From the NCBI RefSeq assembly GCF_030684315.1, contig NC_081387.1, forward strand, positions 1,344,497 to 1,408,496: a stretch of 64,000 bases of DNA. Reading direction: 5' to 3'. Origin of the DNA: Stegostoma tigrinum. Taxonomy: Eukaryota. The notes beneath the pieces are model-generated. The model did no database searches and was not told the DNA's origin. It was given only the letters and a program-made list of their open reading frames with translations. Positions 23,940 to 36,683 of the stretch are shown in pieces; the first letter of the stretch is position 1; the number at the start of each line of letters is the position of its first letter. A program made the position numbers and the translations under genes.

Positions 23940-24095
23940 GAGCCAATCACAATATAGACATGGCTGCGTCATCTGTTGCCAGGCGAGGTTTGTGTATTCA
24001 GGTTTGGGTTTCAGTCTCTGAGCAGAGGGAGGCAGTCTCTGCCGCCCCCAGTGGACACTGGAGGATCGCAGGGGTCTCCACTCTGGAGAATAAGC
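23940..24095 (-). promoter_or_regulatory. SXY module, copy 2 (inverted relative to copy 1)
   Basis: On the minus strand: ISRE-like GAGACTGAAACC (24018-24007), S-like AAACCT (24005-24000), 16-bp spacer, X1 CCTGGCAACAGATG (23983-23970), X2 TGACGCA (23971-23965), Y ATTGG (23947-23943). Confidence 0.8.
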
Positions 24096-25819
24096 GGAGA
24101 GAGGGGGCAGGATAGGGGTTAGTGCCCTCTGAGGGATGGTACTGGTGCTGGGGAAGGGAGGGGATGTGGAGAGAGAGAGAGAGAGAGAGAGGACTGATAA
24201 TGAGAGAAAGATGGAGGTGGAGTGGTGATATAATAAGGTTAGGGAAAATTCAATCAATTCTAAACTTAAAGGGGGACAGAGGATCAGAGGGTCTTGGGAG
24301 TAAATGACCAGAAATCATTGAAGGTGGTGGGACAGGTTGAGAGGGCAATTAATAAACATTCAGGGTACTGGGTTTTATAAACAGAGGTATACAGTACTGA
24401 AACAAGGAGGTTATGTGAAACCAGGATAAGACGCTGGTTCATTCTCAGCTGGAGAGTTGTGTCCTGTTTCTTCAATCCCGATAGCTGTGGGGAGTCAGGC
24501 CTCTATACAAAGTCCCAATATATGTAAATGAATGACTCACTTGGCTGTCCAGGCTATGTTACAGCACGGAACATTCCCCACCACACCCCCACTACCCCGG
24601 CCAAAAACTCTTGCCCCACACATCCTTCCTCCCAGGGTGGCCCATATGGCAGATGACTGCAGGACTGAATAGTTCAACAGTCTGGAAGTATATTCTTGTA
24701 GAATGTCTGCTGGCCTGGGATCCCCCAAGGAAAGGGACACAGCATGTAAATGCTGGAAGACAGGGATCATATCTCCCACTTTCTTGGACATTGAATTGAA
24801 TGGGCAGCAAATTGCCAATGTGCTTCAGGAACCTGACACTGAGAATAGCTCCAAGAATTGTTAGGGTACGTAATGAGGCTAATCAGTCCATCATACTTGT
24901 ATTGCCACTCTGAACATTTTCATTTCCTGTCAATCTCCTGCCTTTTCTCCTGTCCATGTTCCTCTTGAAATAATCCTGTAGTGAATGCCTCATTCACCAG
25001 CCTCCTCTACATGTCCAGGCAGTATATTCCAGACCTGAGCTACATGCTGTTGTACAGCTCACATTTACTTATTTTGCCAATGACCTTATATAGTGGCCTC
25101 ACGTCCATAGATTTAGAGTCACACAGCACAGAAAGAGACCCTTCAGCCCATCTTGTCCATGCTGAACAGATTTCCTAAACTGAAGGATTCCTATTGGCCA
25201 CGTACCTGTCTAAATCACTTTTTAAATGTTAAAATTGAGTCTGCGTCTACTACTTCCTCTGACAGGGTAGGGGAGTCCACAATTAGAGGGTATAAATTTA
25301 AGGTGAGAGGGGAAAGATTTAAAAGGGACCTGAGCGGTAATTTTTCCTCACACAGCAGGTGCTGCAAGTATGGAACAAGCTGTCAGAGGAAGTAGTAGAC
25401 GCAGATTCAATTTTAACATTTAAAAAGTGATTTAAACAGGCACGTGGTTAGGGAAGATTTAGAGGGACATGGACCAAATGCAGGCCAATAGGAATCATCC
25501 CCTACCCTGAAGAAAAGACCTTTGTTATACACTTCATCTATGCCGCTCACAATTTTATAAATATCTTATAAGGTCATGCGTCATCTCCCACGCTCCAGGG
25601 TAAGAAAGTTCCAGCTATTAGGCTCTCCTTATAACTCAAATCTTCCAGTTTTGGTAACATGCTTGTAATTTTTCTTTTGCGCTCTGTCCAGTTTAATAGC
25701 ATCCTTCCTGTAGCAGGACAACAAGAATTGTATGCAGTACTCTAAATACGGTCTGACCAATGAGCCATAACTTTATTTCCCAAATGATGTACTCAACACT
25801 CTGAACAATGAAGACAATC

Positions 25820-26543
25820 ACGGAGGCTTGGGGACCGCTTTGCAGAACACCTCCGCTCAGTTCGCAACAAACAACTGCACCTCCCAGTCGCAAACCATTT
25901 CCACTCCCCCTCCCATTCTCTTGATGACATGTCCATCATGGGCCTCCTGCACTGCCACAATGATGCCACCCGAAGGTTGCAGGAACAGCAACTCATATTC
26001 CGCCTGGGAACCCTGCAGCCATATGGTATCAATGTGGACTTCACCAGTTTCAAAATCTCCCCTTCCCCTACTGCATCCCTCAACCAGCCCAGTTCGTCCC
26101 CTCCCCCCACTGCACCACACAACCAGCCCAGCTCTTCCCCACCACCCACTGCATCCCAAAACCAGTCCAACCTGTCTCTGCCTCCCTAGCCGGTTCTTCC
26201 TCTCACCCATCCCTTCCTCCCACCCCAAGCCGCACCCCCCGCTACCTACTAACCTCATCCCACCTCCTTGACCTGTCCGTCTCCCCTGGACTGACCTATC
26301 CCCTCCCTACCTCCCCACCTGCACTCTCTCCACCTATCTTCTTTACTCTCCATCTTCGGTCCGCCTCCCCCTCTCTCCCTATTTATTCCAGTTCCCTCCC
26401 CCCATCCCCCTCTCTGATGAAGGGTCTAGGCCCGAAACGTCAGCTTTTGTGCTCCTGAGATGCTGCATGGCCTGCTGTGTTCGTCCAGCCTCACATTTTA
26501 TTATCTTGGAATCTCCAGCATCTGCAGTTCCCATTATCTCTGA
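25820..26543 (+). mobile_element. Penelope-like element 3' fragment
   Basis: GIY-YIG C-terminus (EQQLIFRLGTLQPYGINVDF) plus pLTR, near-identical to 11345-12984. Confidence 0.9.
26414..26443 (+). ncRNA. Minimal hammerhead motif
   Basis: CTGATGAAGGGTCTAGGCCCGAAACGTCAG. Confidence 0.7.
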
Positions 26544-27964
26544 CACATTCTTCACCATCCTGTTTACCAGTGATGCGACTTACAAGGAACTATATATCTG
26601 CAATCCTACATCTCTCCATTTGACAACTCTACCTAGTGGCTTTCTATTAACAGTGGAAGTCATGCCCTAGTTTGTCTTAGTGAGTTGCTTGCGAGAAGGA
26701 AGAGTATTTTCCTGTACACTACGTTCATCTCCTTGATGTTATGAAATCTTCACCCCAGCAGCAAGGCTGGCTCAGAACCTTCTGAGCAGTGGTCTCCTGC
26801 TGGGCCAGCTCTGCGCTCACTGTGTCCAGTTGAAGATGGCGGGAAGGTCCTGGATGTCGCATGTCCAATCAGAAGGTTACCAGCTCAGGAGACCCAGTGC
26901 AAGAAGCAGAAATAGATGCAATAGTCCAATTGAAAAAGGAAGACCAAAAAATGCATACGGAATACTGTGTATGGGATTAGTTTCCTTACTGATGAAAGGA
27001 TGTGAAAGTGTTGGAGTGGTTCGGAGAAGTTTTACCAGAATAATACTTGGAATGGGCAGGTTGTCTTATATGGAAAGTTTGAACAGACTAGACTTACAGA
27101 AGCAAACAATGTTTTGATTGGCCCACAGAAGACCCTGAGGATGTAGAGAGTCTGATATCTCTTGTGGGCTAATCTAGAACTAGGTGTCATTGTTTAAAAA
27201 TCTAAGATCAGTCATTTTAGACAGAGACCAAGAAGGCTGTTTTACATAGAAACATACATAATGAACCTTAGAAAGATGGGGGAATGGGGAGATCTGATAG
27301 ATGCCCACAGAATACAGAGGACTGGGTAGAGTGGACAGTGAAAAGTTTCCGCTATGTGGGGAAAACTAAGACCTGAGGGTAGAGCCTTAGAGTTAAGGAG
27401 TGAGAACCAAGATGAGGAGGAATTTCTTTAGCCAGAGGGTAGTGACTCCGTGGAATTCATTGCTGCAGGGGTCTGTGGAGGCCAATTCATGGAGTGTATC
27501 TAAGGCAGAGATAGATAGAGATAAATAGGTTCTTGATTAGCAAGACAATAAAGGGTTATGGGGAGAGGGCAGGAGAGTGCGGTGTGAGAAACATATCACA
27601 TGATGGAGCACACTGGATGGGCTGAAATAGCCCAATTCCGCTCCTATATTTTGTGATCTTGTAGATTTTCACAAGGCAAGAGTATGGGAGGTTAATGAGT
27701 GGGGGAAGCAGATCAGCCTTAATCTCATTGAATGGCACAGCAGACTCGATGGACTGAATGCCTGTGCTCTCCTCCCCATGCATATGTTCTTATTGCACAT
27801 TCCCATTTGGGATCTTATCCAATTGCCACTCTCTGACACCAGCTCTCAGAGAAATTCCAGGCCTAGATTTCAGTCTGCACTAATTCCCTGTGAGTCACAA
27901 TCACCCGATGCCATTTTGCCCCATTCCAAAATTCCCTGATCCATACCCATCACTACCCAATGTC

Positions 27965-28185
27965 TGGGATTCCCGGAAAATGCCAACCCATTTCCGGGAA
28001 GGGGTGGAAGCCCATTCTGGCACATAGACGAATAAGAATAAATAGCTGCTTTTACGTCATCTGTTGCCAGGTAGAATCCGTGAAAACATGTTTGTTTCCA
28101 GTCTCCGAGCGGAGGGAGACAGCCTTTGCCGCCCTCATGTGGGCACAGGAGGATCTGCAGGCGTCTCCACTCTGGAGAATAAGGG
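27965..28185 (-). promoter_or_regulatory. X1X2 + tandem GAS module, copy 3 (Y box degenerate)
   Basis: X1 CCTGGCAACAGATG at 28071-28058 and X2/CRE TGACGTAA. The Y position reads ATTCG. Two perfect GAS sites at 27970-27978 and 27992-28000. Flanks are homologous to copies 1 and 2. Confidence 0.7.
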
Positions 28186-28489
28186 GAGGAGAGAGAGGGA
28201 ACAGGGCTGGGATCATATTCGTCTCAGGCAGGGTCACTGGTCACTAGCTGCGAGAGCGGGGATGTGGTATGGAGAGATGGAGGATTGATAACGTGAGAAG
28301 GAGATGATGATGAGTTATAAGTTCAGAGAGAACCCTCTCCATTCATAATCTAAAGGGGGACACTGGAGAAGTGGGTCCTAGGGGTAAATGGCCAGTAATT
28401 ATTGAAAATGGTGGGACAGGTTGAGAGGACAGTGAATAAACATACAGGGTACTGGATTGTATAAACAGTCAGACAAGACTAAAAAAGTT

Positions 28490-31365
28490 ATAGAGTCATT
28501 CAACATGAAAACACACCCTTTGGTCCAACCATTCCATGCTGATCCTTGCAAACTAAACTAGTCCCACCTGCCTGCTCCCGGCCCATATCCCACCAAAGCT
28601 TCCCTATTGATGTATCCATCAAAATGTCTTTTAAATGTCATAATTGTACCCGCCCCAGTACCTCACCAGGAAGGTCATCCCACAGGTGAACCACCCTCTG
28701 TGTAAAATATTTGCCTCATGTCTTTTATGAATCTCTCTCCTCTCATCTTAAAAATGTGCCCCTGGTCTTGCAAACCCCCATTTTAGGGAAAAGGCGACTA
28801 CCGTTACCTCTATCCTTACTTTTCATTATGTTATACACTTCCAGTAAGTCACCTCTCAGCCTACTATGCTCCAGTGAAAAAAGTTCCAGCTTTTCCTTAT
28901 AACTCAAACCATCCAAACCTGGCAACATCCTGGTAAATCTCTTCTGATTCCTGTGCAGCTTGATATTATCCTTCCTATAGCTGAGCAACCAGAAGTGGAC
29001 ACTGTATTCCAGAAGAGGCCTTACCAATGTCCTGTACACTTTCAACACAACATCCCAACTCCTACACTCAAAGAACCGAATAATGAAGGACAGTGTGCCA
29101 AGTGCTTTATTAACCATCTTGTCTACATGTGATGCAAACTTAAAAGAGTTATGTCCCTCTGCTTTACAACATTACTCAAGGCCCTACCATTAACTGTATG
29201 AGTTGTCCCCTTGTTTGTTGTACCAACTTGCAATGTCTCGCATTTATCCACACTGAACTCCATCTGCCATTTTTCATTCCTTTGTAATGTTAGAAAACCT
29301 TGCACAGAATCTTATCTAAATGTCAAATCTAGAGCACCCGGAAATGATCGCAAAACCATAACACCCTGAGATGTATGATCAGATTTAGGCAATTCAGCAC
29401 GTCGAGTCTGCTCTACCATTTGATCATGGCTGGTATGAATTTCAACCCCATTCTCTCACCTTTTCTGTGTTCCCATCTTTGTCCTCACTAATTAAGAACC
29501 TACTTCTCTCTGTTTTACGTGTCCTCAATGACATGGACCTGACATCCCACTGAAGCAATAAGTTCCGCAGATTCACCAGTCTTTGTCTGAAGAATTTGCT
29601 CCTCATCTCAATTTTGAAGGTCATCCCATCACTCTGAGGCTGTGCCCTCAGGTCCTAGTCTCTCCTGCTAGTGAAGCATTTTCTCAATGTCCACTGTGTC
29701 CAGGCCTCTCAGTATTGTGTACGTTTCAATGAGATCCACCACATCCTTCCAAATTCCATTGAGTACAGATCCAGAGTCCTCTAGTGCTCATCGCATGATA
29801 AGCACTTCATCCTCAGGATCATTCTTTGTAAATCTACTCTGGACCCCATTCAACACCAGCACATCTTTCTTAGATACTGGACCCAAAGTTGCTCACAGTA
29901 TTCCAAATGTGGTCTGACCAGTGCTTTATACAGCCTCAGATGCACACCCCTGCTCGTGTATCCTGCCCTTTTGAATGTGGTGCCACTCTTTCAGAAAGGT
30001 GTTAAGGAAAATCCAGGGAACTATGGATAGGTCAGCTTGATGTTGGCGGTAGGCAAGTTGTTGGAGGGAATCCTGAGGAACAGAATTTATCTCTATTTGG
30101 AAAAGCAAGGACTCATTAGGGATAGTCAACATGGTTTTGTGCATGGGAAATTGTGCAAACTTCTGCCCCCAATCAACATTTGAAAGTTCTTGATAGAGAT
30201 TTTTGAAGAAGTAAGAAGAGCATTGATGACAGCAGAGCGGTGAGCATGACCTATATGGACTTCTGTACGGCGTTCAATAATTTCCTCATGGTAGACTGGT
30301 TAACAAGGTTAGATCACATGGAATAGAGGTCAAATTAGCCATTTGGATACAGAACTGGTTTGAAGGTAGAAGACATGGGGTGGTGTTGGAGGGTTGCTTT
30401 CTAGACTGGAGGCCGGTGACCAATGGTTTGCCACAAAGATCAGCAATGGGTCCACTGCATTTTGACATTTATGCAAATATTTGGGTGTGAACATAGGAGA
30501 TATGGTTAGTAAGTTTGCAGGTGACACCAAATTATGAGGTGTAGTGGAAAGAAGGTTACCCCAGAGTACAATAAGTTTTTGATCAGATGGACCAATGGGC
30601 CAAGAAGTGGCAGATGGAGTTTAATTTAGATAACTGGGAGGTGCTGTATTTTGGAAAGGCAAATCAGGGTAGGATTTGTATACTTAATGTTAAGATCCTC
30701 GGGGTGTTGCTGAACAAAGAGACCTTGCAGTTCAGGGTCACAGTTTCTTGAAAGTGGAGTCTCAGGTAGATAGGATCATGAAGAAGGTGTTTGGTATGCA
30801 CACCTTTACTGGTCAGAGCTTTGAGAATAGGAGGTCATGTTGCAGCTGTATAGGACCTTGGTTAGGCCACTTTTGGAATACTGCATGCAGTTCTGGTTTC
30901 CATCCTATGGGAAGGATGTTGTGAAACTAGAAAGGGTTCAGAAAAGATTTACAAGGATGTTGTCAGGGTTGGAGGGTTTGAGCTACAGGGAGAGGCTGAA
31001 TAGTCTGGGGCTATCTTCCCTGGAGCATCAGACGTTGAGGGGTGACATTTTAGAGGGTTATAAAATCATGAGGGGCATGGATAGTGTAAATAGGTTAGTT
31101 CTTTTTCCCAGGTTGGGGGAATCCAAAACTAGAGGCATACATTTCAGGTCAGAGAAGAAAGATGTAAAAGGGACATAAGGGTGGAGGCAAGTATGATTAC
31201 AACAGTTGAAAGACATCTCGATGTGTATATAAATAGGAGGGGTTTACAGGGATGTGGACCAAATGCTGGTAAATGGGACAAGTTATATACGATGTTTGGG
31301 TGAGGGCATTTGATGAGTTGGAGTGATGGGTCTGATTTTGTGCTGTATATCTCTCTGACTCTATG
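28490..31365. mobile_element. CR1 LINE cluster (minus 28490-29960, plus 29970-31365)
   Basis: ORFs 28743..29117 and 30837..31178 have LYRTLVRPLLEYC.QFW.P.Y.KD..KLERVQKRFTRM. Confidence 0.9.
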
Positions 31366-32229
31366 ATATTTGTTTTATTGAACTGTCTCTGCCACAGATG
31401 TACCACCCTGTCAGATGCAGGCTGAAACACTCTATCTTTCAAAATATTGCTCCTTTGACTTTGTTTCTCTAATAGCATTCTTTCCCGTGCACTCAAATAC
31501 TCGCTTGGCCACACTTAGCATGAACATTTCCACAAAGTGATCGACTATCTTATACCTACCCCACACCAAAAAGTGCCTTTCAGAATATCAGCTCCTTCTC
31601 ATACAATCTATCCCCCTCTGTCACAAATGGCCCCATCTCAAACACGCAGTCATGGAAAACAAATCCTTTTCTAACATTGAGGCATTGGAGAGAGTGTTGG
31701 ATGATTGTTTGGATAGAAATGGTGTGCAGGAGTATGGGGGAAAACACAAATTCGCACTCACTAATCGAATTGGTGTAGGTAGCAACAGCCACATGGCTCT
31801 TGTCTGGAATGATAGTTCTATGACTCTGTCATTTGGTAAATAAACACATAATACACATCAAGCAGTCTGCCGCTCAGTATTGTATTTTCAAATACATGGC
31901 TTTAACATTCATACCAACGTGAGACTGAATGTTCTCCAGCATGGGCAGCTCCCACTGTCTCTGATACCAAATGTTGCACCCTTTCACTGATATACCCTCC
32001 TAGAAACACAACGGATCAAACAGGGCTTTTCTGTCCCTCAGAGACACACACTGCAAGCCCTCTTGTGCCTCAATTGCCCTTGGATCATCACCGTTTATCA
32101 GCAGGATCACTTATATCTTATTGACATGATAAATTCATTCACATAGCAGACAATTTAGGAACCTTTACAGGAAAATCATTGTATGGGACATGTTTAAAAG
32201 ATGGTCCTGAAAGCTTCAGCAGTATTCTC

Positions 32230-34000
32230 ACTTTAATGGCACCCAGGTGTTAGACAGTCTGTCTCTTGTTTTCATGTTCCCACGTGGGAGACTTCCACTG
32301 CCTTCTAAAGATACACAAAGCCAACACGCCTGGACATTCAATTGTATCAGGCAATGGGAACCTGTGCAAAACCTCTCTGGTTATGTTGCGGGCATCTTGA
32401 AGCTTCTGTCACGACACTGCAGATTTCTTACAGAAACTAGGCACCCACAGACCAATTGAACGAGGAACATTCCTCATCGCAATTGATGTTTCTGCACCCG
32501 CAACCCCCATTATGACAGCATCACTGCAACAGCATCAGTCCACAATTCCACCAACTGCCAATTTCCAGACGCCATCCCACTGCTCATCTGCTTCATCCCC
32601 AACCACACCTTCACCTTCAACAACCAGTTCTTCATCCAGACATGTGGAACAGCCAGGAACCAGACTTGCTCCCCAATGTGCCAACATTTTTGTGCACAGG
32701 TTTGAAGAAGACTTCTTTGCTGCTCAGAACCTCCCATTAACGTTACACATCAGGTACATTGATGATATTTTCTTCCCATGGACTCATGGCGAGGAGTCAC
32801 TGAAACAATGACATATTGATAACAACAAGTTTCAGCCCATCAGACTGGCCATAGACTATTGTTTAGAATTACTTTCATTCTTGGACACACACATCTCCAT
32901 CAGGGATGGACACCTCAGCACCTCACACTGTCACAAGCCTACAGATAACCTCATGAAGCTGCATTTCCCTGGCTCCCGGCCTAATCATATTAAAAAAGCC
33001 ATCCTGTACAGACAAGCCCTAGGCATACACAGGATCTGTTCAGATGAGGAGGAACATGATGGATACCCTCATAAGAATGGGATATGATGCTCAACTCAAT
33101 CAATTGCCAGCTCCAATGTGCCATGGTGGAAAACTGTCATGACATCCTCAGAAGACAGACATGGGATTTGACAGATAGGGAGCCCTTTGTCATCCAGTAC
33201 TTCCTAGGAGTGGAGAAACTGCACCATGTTCTTTGCAGCCTTCAACATATCATTGATCACAATGAGTGCCTCACCAAGGTCTTCCCTACATCTCCACTTC
33301 ACACTGACAAACAACTGCCGAACCTGAAAGAGGTCATTGTTTGCAGCAAGCTACACATCCTTCAGGACAACGTCGACCACAACACTATGCAACCCTGTCA
33401 TGGCAGTCTCTGCAAGACATGTCAGGTCTTTGACACAGATACTACTGTCACACATGATAACACCACTCACCACGTGCGACTTGGCCAACGTTGCACTGCA
33501 GGCAGGAATGCCCTGACGCATGCGATAATGGTGAGACCATACAGACGCTATGACACCGCACAACAATCGCCAGACAGGGATGTTACCTCCAAGTGGGGCA
33601 ACACTTCAGTGGCAAGGACATTTACCCAAAGATCTGAGAGTCAATGTCCTCCAAGGCAGACTTCAGGATACACAACAACAGTTACTGAGCAGAGGCTGAT
33701 AGCCAAGTTCGGTACCAATAAAGACTGCCTCAGCCAGGATCTTGTGTTCGTGTCTCACTACAGGTGACCACATTTTACACACACTGACACACACACACAC
33801 ACACGCACACTTTCTCTCTCTCCCTCCTTCACACATACACATATATCTATGGGGTGAATTCTGTGTCTAATGCCACGTCTCTCACTAACACCTGAGGTAA
33901 GAACGAGGCTCTACAAACTTGTGTTTCAAATAAACCTGTTGGACTATAACCTGGTGTTGGGCGTTCCTTGCCCACCCCAGTGCAAAACCGGCACCTACAC
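32230..34000 (+). mobile_element. Decayed Penelope-like element of a second family (RT + endonuclease remnants)
   Basis: ORF 32512..32811 contains ANIFVHRFEE...RYIDDIFFPWTHGEESL (PLE RT). Downstream CHGSLCKTC...EQRLIAKFGT. Many frameshifts. Confidence 0.8.
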
Positions 34001-34508
34001 TTCACACACTCATAATTAGCTTTCATATATATAGTAAGCACTAACAAATTACTAATTCATCAATGTTTGAAGTATAATGTGGGCAAGGACAAAAGGATGT
34101 GGTGAGACAGTAGGTGGATTCCTATAGCCCTGGTCTGCTACATCTTAAGGAGCGTGGTATAAATGAATTTTATTTTTGCTTGTGTGCAGTGTATGTGAGA
34201 GCAGTCAGTCAGGGGCAGGAACTGCGGGAACTCAACAATCATGCAAAGCACCTTCATCAGGAGGGATGATGTAATTCGCACAGAACTTGTGGAACTCGCG
34301 GTTTTTTTTCTCTATTTCGGAATGCAACATGGATCCCATGACGGCGAAGTGTTATTAAACGCGGAGACAATAAGGTGTAGAGCTGAATGAACACAGAAGG
34401 CCAAGCAGCATCAGAGGAGCAGGAAAGCTGATTTTTCAGATTTAGAGATAATAAAGTGTGAAGCTGGATGAACACGGCAGACCAAGCAGCATCTCAGGAG
34501 CACAAAAG

Positions 34509-34538
34509 CTGACGTTTCGGGCCTAGACCCTTCATCAG
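34509..34538 (-). ncRNA. Minimal hammerhead motif
   Basis: Same motif on the minus strand. Confidence 0.7.
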
Positions 34539-35816
34539 AGAGGCTTTTGTGCTCCTGAGATGCTGCTTGGTCTGCCGTGTTCATCCAGCTTCTGGGATTT
34601 ACATTCCCTAATATGCATTGCCTGACCTGAGGTGTCACCTCTCCTTTACTAATAAAACCCAATAGTAATCTCAGGGCAGTGACTTGATTATCTTATTATC
34701 TTGGATTCTCCAGCATCTGCAGTTCCCATTATCTCTGATACATTTTCGGATTTAGACCCTTCATCAGAGAGGGGGATGGGGAGAGGGAACTGGAATAAAT
34801 AGGGAGAGAGGGGGAGGCAGACCGAAGATGGAGAGAAAAGAAGATAGGTGGAGAGAGTATAGGTGGGGAGGTAGGGAGGGGATAGGTCAGTCCAGGGAAG
34901 ACGGACAGGTCAAGGAGGTGGAATGAGGTTAGTAGGTAGATGGGGGTGCGGCTTGGGGTGGGAGGAAGGGATGGGTGAGAGGAAGAACCGGTTAGGGAGG
35001 CAGAGACAGGTTGGACTGGTTTTGGGATGCAGTGGGTGGGGGGGAAGAGCTGGGCTGGTTGTGTGGTGCAGTGGGGGGAGGGGACGAACTGGGCTGGTTT
35101 AGGGATGCAGTAGGGGAAGGGGAGATTTTGAAACTGGTGAAGTCCACATTGATACCATATGGCTGCAGGGTTCCCAGGCGGAATATGAGTTGCTGTTCCT
35201 GCAACCTTCGGGTGGCATCATTGTGGCAGTGCAGGAGGCCCATGATGGACATGTCATCTAGAGAATGGGAAGGGTAGTGGAAATGGTTTGCGACTGGGAG
35301 GTGCAGTTGTTTATTGCGAACTGAGCGGAGGTGTTCTGCAAAGTGGTCCCCAAGCCTCCGCTTGGTTTCCCCAATGTAGAGGAAGCCACACCGGGTACAG
35401 TGGATGCATTATACCACATTGGCAGATGTGCGGTGTGTGGACTTCACCAGTTTCAAAATCTCCCCTTCCCCTACTGCATCCCTAAACCAGCCCAGTTCGT
35501 CCCCTCCCCCCACTGCACCACACAACCAGCCCAGCTCTTCCCCCCCACCCACTGCATCCCAAAACCAGTCCAACCTGTCTCTGCCTCCCTAACCGGTTCT
35601 TCCTCTCACCCATCCCTTCCTCCCACCCCAAGCCACACCCCCATCTACCTACTAACCTCATCCCACCTCCTTGACCTGTCCGTCTTCCCTGGACTGACCT
35701 ATCCCCTCCCTACCTCCCCACCTATACTCTCTCCACCTATCTTCTTTACTCTCCATCTTCGGTCCGCCTCCCCCTCTCTCCCTATTTATTCCAGTTCCCT
35801 CTCCCCATCCCCCTCT

Positions 35817-35846
35817 CTGATGAAGGGTCTAGGCCCGAAACGTCAG
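35817..35846 (+). ncRNA. Minimal hammerhead motif
   Basis: CTGATGAAGGGTCTAGGCCCGAAACGTCAG. Confidence 0.7.
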
Positions 35847-36683
35847 CTTTTGTGCTCCTGGGATGCTGCTTGGCCTGCTGTGTTCATCCAGCCTCACATT
35901 TTATTATCTTGGAATTCTCCAGCATCTGCAGTTCCCATTATCTCTGATCCTGTGACTTCTGACTGTTTGGTGGAAAATTTGGGAGATGTTTACCAGTACA
36001 TTACATTGACCAGGATCAAACAGTGTGATCTGGCTTTGATCCATTGATTGGCTGAGTGCCAGAGAACTTTATGGAATGGAATAAATTGTCAAATAAGTGA
36101 ACAGAATGTGAGATTTCTTTTCTGAGAGAGAGAGACTACACTGGAAAAGCGCGCGACCTCAAGTTACTCTTAGAGAGAACAAAGAACCATCTGATGTGAC
36201 TTAAATGGAGAATAAAGTTGAATATTTCATTCGAATCAGGGTAGTGTTTAGTTCAATCCAAACTTCCAGAGCTAAAGAGTTAGGGTTAAATGTGAATTCA
36301 GCAAAGAAAGATAGAAGGAACTAAAATTAAGTGAATTGAAGTTGAAGTGATGTTAGATGAAATAAGGCATAAATGTTACAGTGAGTGCATGTTTTATTTT
36401 CAGTATTGATACTTAAAGAGGTAAAATAAAGAAGAGTTCATCTGAGCTAGTTCCCTGCCTTTTGTCTGTCACACAGGAGAAGCATGCCTGGGTTGAAGGT
36501 CTGTGTGCTCCCATTTGGGCACCTGTTAGCCTTCTGTGGGCCTTTGCTCAGGAGTGACTTTAAGTTGGTCTAAGGCCAAACTCACCCTATTGAACGGTAG
36601 AGATGGATTGATCGGTAATTGGAAACAAATCAGGTGTTTGCTGAGTGTGACAGAAAAACTGCAAAATTTGTGAAGGGAATCTG

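Larger units (their letters stand above)
34365..35947. mobile_element. Nested Penelope-like elements with inverted arms
   Basis: GIY-YIG fragments on both strands. Inner hairpin element 34447-34742 is flanked by TTTTC(A/G)GATTTAGA. Confidence 0.85.
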
